This document shows positions 61,043-63,274 of a DNA stretch of 63,274 nt, piece after piece. Both the position numbers and the translations under genes were made by a program. Source of the DNA: Clostridia bacterium (GTDB lineage: Bacteria; Bacillota; Clostridia; TANB77; CAG-508). How positions within the stretch are numbered: the first letter of the stretch is position 1; each line of letters starts with the position of its first letter. The notes below the pieces were generated by a model, which saw only the letters and a program-made list of their open reading frames with translations, was not told the DNA's origin and searched no databases. The DNA is taken from contig JAZUKI010000008.1 of NCBI GenBank assembly GCA_045643205.1, forward strand, positions 1-63,274, given 5' to 3'.

Positions 61043-61582
61043 ATGGAGTTAAAAGGTAGTAAAACAGAACAAAATTTAATGGCTGCATTTGCGGGTGAGA
61101 GCCAAGCTAGAAATAAATATACATATTTTGCTTCAAAGGCTAAGAAAGATGGTTATGAGCAAATTGCTGCTATATTTGAAGAAACAGCAAATAATGAAAA
61201 AGAACACGCTAAGATGTGGTTTAAAGAATTAAATGGAGGAGAAGTTCCTTCAACAGAAGAAAATTTAAAAGCTGCTGCTGATGGCGAAAACTTTGAGTGG
61301 ACAGATATGTATGAAGGATTTGCTAAAACTGCTGAAGAAGAAGGATTTACTGCTTTAGCATATAAATTTAGAGCAGTTGCTGCTATTGAAAAACATCATG
61401 AAGAAAGATATAGAAAATTATTACAAAACATTGAAGACAAAGTTGTTTTTTCAAAAGATGAAGAATGTATTTGGGTTTGTAGAAATTGTGGCCATGTTGT
61501 AATTGGAAAATTTGCTCCAGAGGTATGCCCAGTTTGCAATCATCCAAAGAGTTATTTTGAATTAAAGGCTGAAAATTATTAA
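61043..61582 (+). CDS. rbr: Rubrerythrin
   Basis: [35 protein letters not shown]. Confidence 0.96.
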   Translation: MELKGSKTEQNLMAAFAGESQARNKYTYFASKAKKDGYEQIAAIFEETANNEKEHAKMWFKELNGGEVPSTEENLKAAADGENFEWTDMYEGFAKTAEEEGFTALAYKFRAVAAIEKHHEERYRKLLQNIEDKVVFSKDEECIWVCRNCGHVVIGKFAPEVCPVCNHPKSYFELKAENY

Positions 61583-61662
61583 TTAAAAACTGAAAAGTAT
61601 TAATTAAACATAATTGTTGATTAACTATAATTATTAATTTAAACAGCTCTGGGAGAATTTTA

Positions 61663-62637
61663 ATGATTAGAATTGGAATATATGGATATGGAAATCTTGG
61701 ACGCGGAATAGAAAGTGAGATTAAGAAGAATGAAGATATGGAATTAGTAGCTATCTTTACAAGACGTGATCCAAGTTCTATTAAAACTAATAGCGATGTA
61801 CCTGTTATTAGTTCTAACCAAGTAAACGAATGGACAGACAAAATTGATGTTATGATTTTATGTGGTGGATCAGTTCGTGATTTACCAGTACAAGCACCTG
61901 AACTTGCAAAATATTTTAATATCATAGATAGTTTTGATACTCATATAAAAATTATTGAACATTTTGAAAATGTTAATGATTCTGCAGTTGATAGTTCTCA
62001 TACTGCAATAATTTCAGTTGGATGGGATCCTGGTATGTTTTCACTAAATAGACTTTATGCAGAATGTATTTTACATGAAGGAAAAACATATACATTCTGG
62101 GGCAAAGGAATTAGTCAGGGCCATTCAAATGCAATTAGAAGAGTTGCTGGTGTAAAAGATGGTAGACAATATACTATACCGGTTAAAGATGCAATTAGAA
62201 GAGTTAGAAATGGAGAAAATCCAGAGTTATCGGAAAGAGATAAGCATAAAAGAGAGTGCTTCGTTGTTGCTGAAGAAGGCGCTGATTTGGCTAGAATTGA
62301 AAAAGAAATTAAGGAAATGCCAGCTTATTTTAATGAGAATGAAACAGTAGTACATTTTATTTCTGAAGAAGAATTGATTCGAAATCATAGTGAGTTACCT
62401 CATGGTGGATTTGTAATTAGAAGTGGTGAAACTGGAAATGGTAACAAGGAAATAATTGAGTATTCTTTAAAACTTGATAGCAATCCTGAATTTTCAAGCT
62501 CAGTGCTTCTTACATATGCAAGAGCTTGCTATAGATTAGCAAACGAGAAAAATTATGGAGCTAAGACTGTTTTAGATATTCCACCAAAATATTTATCTTC
62601 ATTAACTGATGAAGAATTGCGAGCAAGATTTATTTAA
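61663..62637 (+). CDS. ddh: meso-Diaminopimelate dehydrogenase
   Basis: GYGNLG, CGGS, DSFDTH, GWDPG, TFWGKGISQGHS, NPEF. Confidence 0.96.
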   Translation: MIRIGIYGYGNLGRGIESEIKKNEDMELVAIFTRRDPSSIKTNSDVPVISSNQVNEWTDKIDVMILCGGSVRDLPVQAPELAKYFNIIDSFDTHIKIIEHFENVNDSAVDSSHTAIISVGWDPGMFSLNRLYAECILHEGKTYTFWGKGISQGHSNAIRRVAGVKDGRQYTIPVKDAIRRVRNGENPELSERDKHKRECFVVAEEGADLARIEKEIKEMPAYFNENETVVHFISEEELIRNHSELPHGGFVIRSGETGNGNKEIIEYSLKLDSNPEFSSSVLLTYARACYRLANEKNYGAKTVLDIPPKYLSSLTDEELRARFI

Positions 62638-62740
62638 TAAAAATTAAAAAAATAAAAACTAAAACTAAAAATTATTAAATAAAAATTTAGAACAAAATTA
62701 CATGTAATAAAAATAAAAAATAAAAGAGTAATAAGGAATA

Positions 62741-63274
62741 ATGAGTTTTAAAAAAATAATTGAAGAAGAATCAAATAAAGAATATTTTAAAAAACTTCAA
62801 AGTTTTATAGACAATGAATATAAAAACAAAACTATATTTCCTGAGCGCAAGAATGTTTTTGCGGCACTAGAAACGACAAATTTTAATGAAGTAAAGGTTG
62901 TAATTATTGGACAAGATCCATATCATGGCGAAGGGGAAGCACATGGACTTTCATTTTCAGTAAATCCTGGAGTTAAAGTTCCACCTTCATTAAAAAATAT
63001 TTATAAAGAATTATATGATGACTTAGGTATTACTCCCAGTAATAGTGGTAATTTAACTAAGTGGGCTAATGAAGGAGTACTTTTATTAAATGCAGTGCTA
63101 ACAGTAGATAAAGATACTCCGGCATCCCATAGAAATCTAGGATGGGAGCGCTTAACAGATTATATTATTAAAGTATTAAATGAAAAAGAAACACCTGTTG
63201 TCTTTATATTATGGGGTAATTTTGCCAAGGAAAAAAAGACACTTATAACTAATCCTAAACATTTAGTTTTAACT
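62741..63274 (+). CDS. ung: Uracil-DNA glycosylase, truncated by window edge
   Basis: Translated by hand: VVIIGQDPYHG..AHGLSFSV, PPSLKNIY, GVLLLNAVLTV, FILWG. Confidence 0.95.
   Translation, partial: MSFKKIIEEESNKEYFKKLQSFIDNEYKNKTIFPERKNVFAALETTNFNEVKVVIIGQDPYHGEGEAHGLSFSVNPGVKVPPSLKNIYKELYDDLGITPSNSGNLTKWANEGVLLLNAVLTVDKDTPASHRNLGWERLTDYIIKVLNEKETPVVFILWGNFAKEKKTLITNPKHLVLT

Noticed and set aside
4779-62350. Many short antisense or off-frame ORFs inside core genes (e.g. 4779-5231, 11991-12428, 26257-26808, 29510-29950, 53579-54013, 61383-61925)
   Set aside because: Shadow frames of well-supported genes, with no RBS or motifs.

Overview
Very AT-rich chromosomal segment of a Clostridia-class Firmicute. 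Gene content and composition suggest an uncultured gut lineage (inference). Most of the window is housekeeping: glf, ectB-like aminotransferase, class I fda, rlmD, tyrS, rpsO, pnp, a cmk-plsC fusion, S1 protein, typA, pfkA, argS, glmM, smpB, mnmA, tcdA, recA/recX, scpA, der-plsY-gpsA, type A RNase P RNA, pta, rho, rbr, ddh and a partial ung, plus tRNA-Thr(CGT) and tRNA-Leu(TAG). The standout is a stand-alone retron-like reverse transcriptase (2600-3640, minus; YADD). It has its own promoter and a structured leader, but no integrase and no recognisable effector gene. A ~330-nt, highly structured non-coding region lies DOWNSTREAM of it (2270-2599). Read on the plus strand, convergent to the RT, the core of that region has msr/msd-like order: 8-bp inverted repeat, unpaired G, two small hairpins, long stem-loop, inverted repeat. 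The RT sits among several single-gene orphan cassettes (promoter, structured leader, ORF, terminator). The window also shows repeated short, degenerate tandem duplications at gene 3' ends. All assignments come from motif recognition by eye; no searches or folding programs were run.
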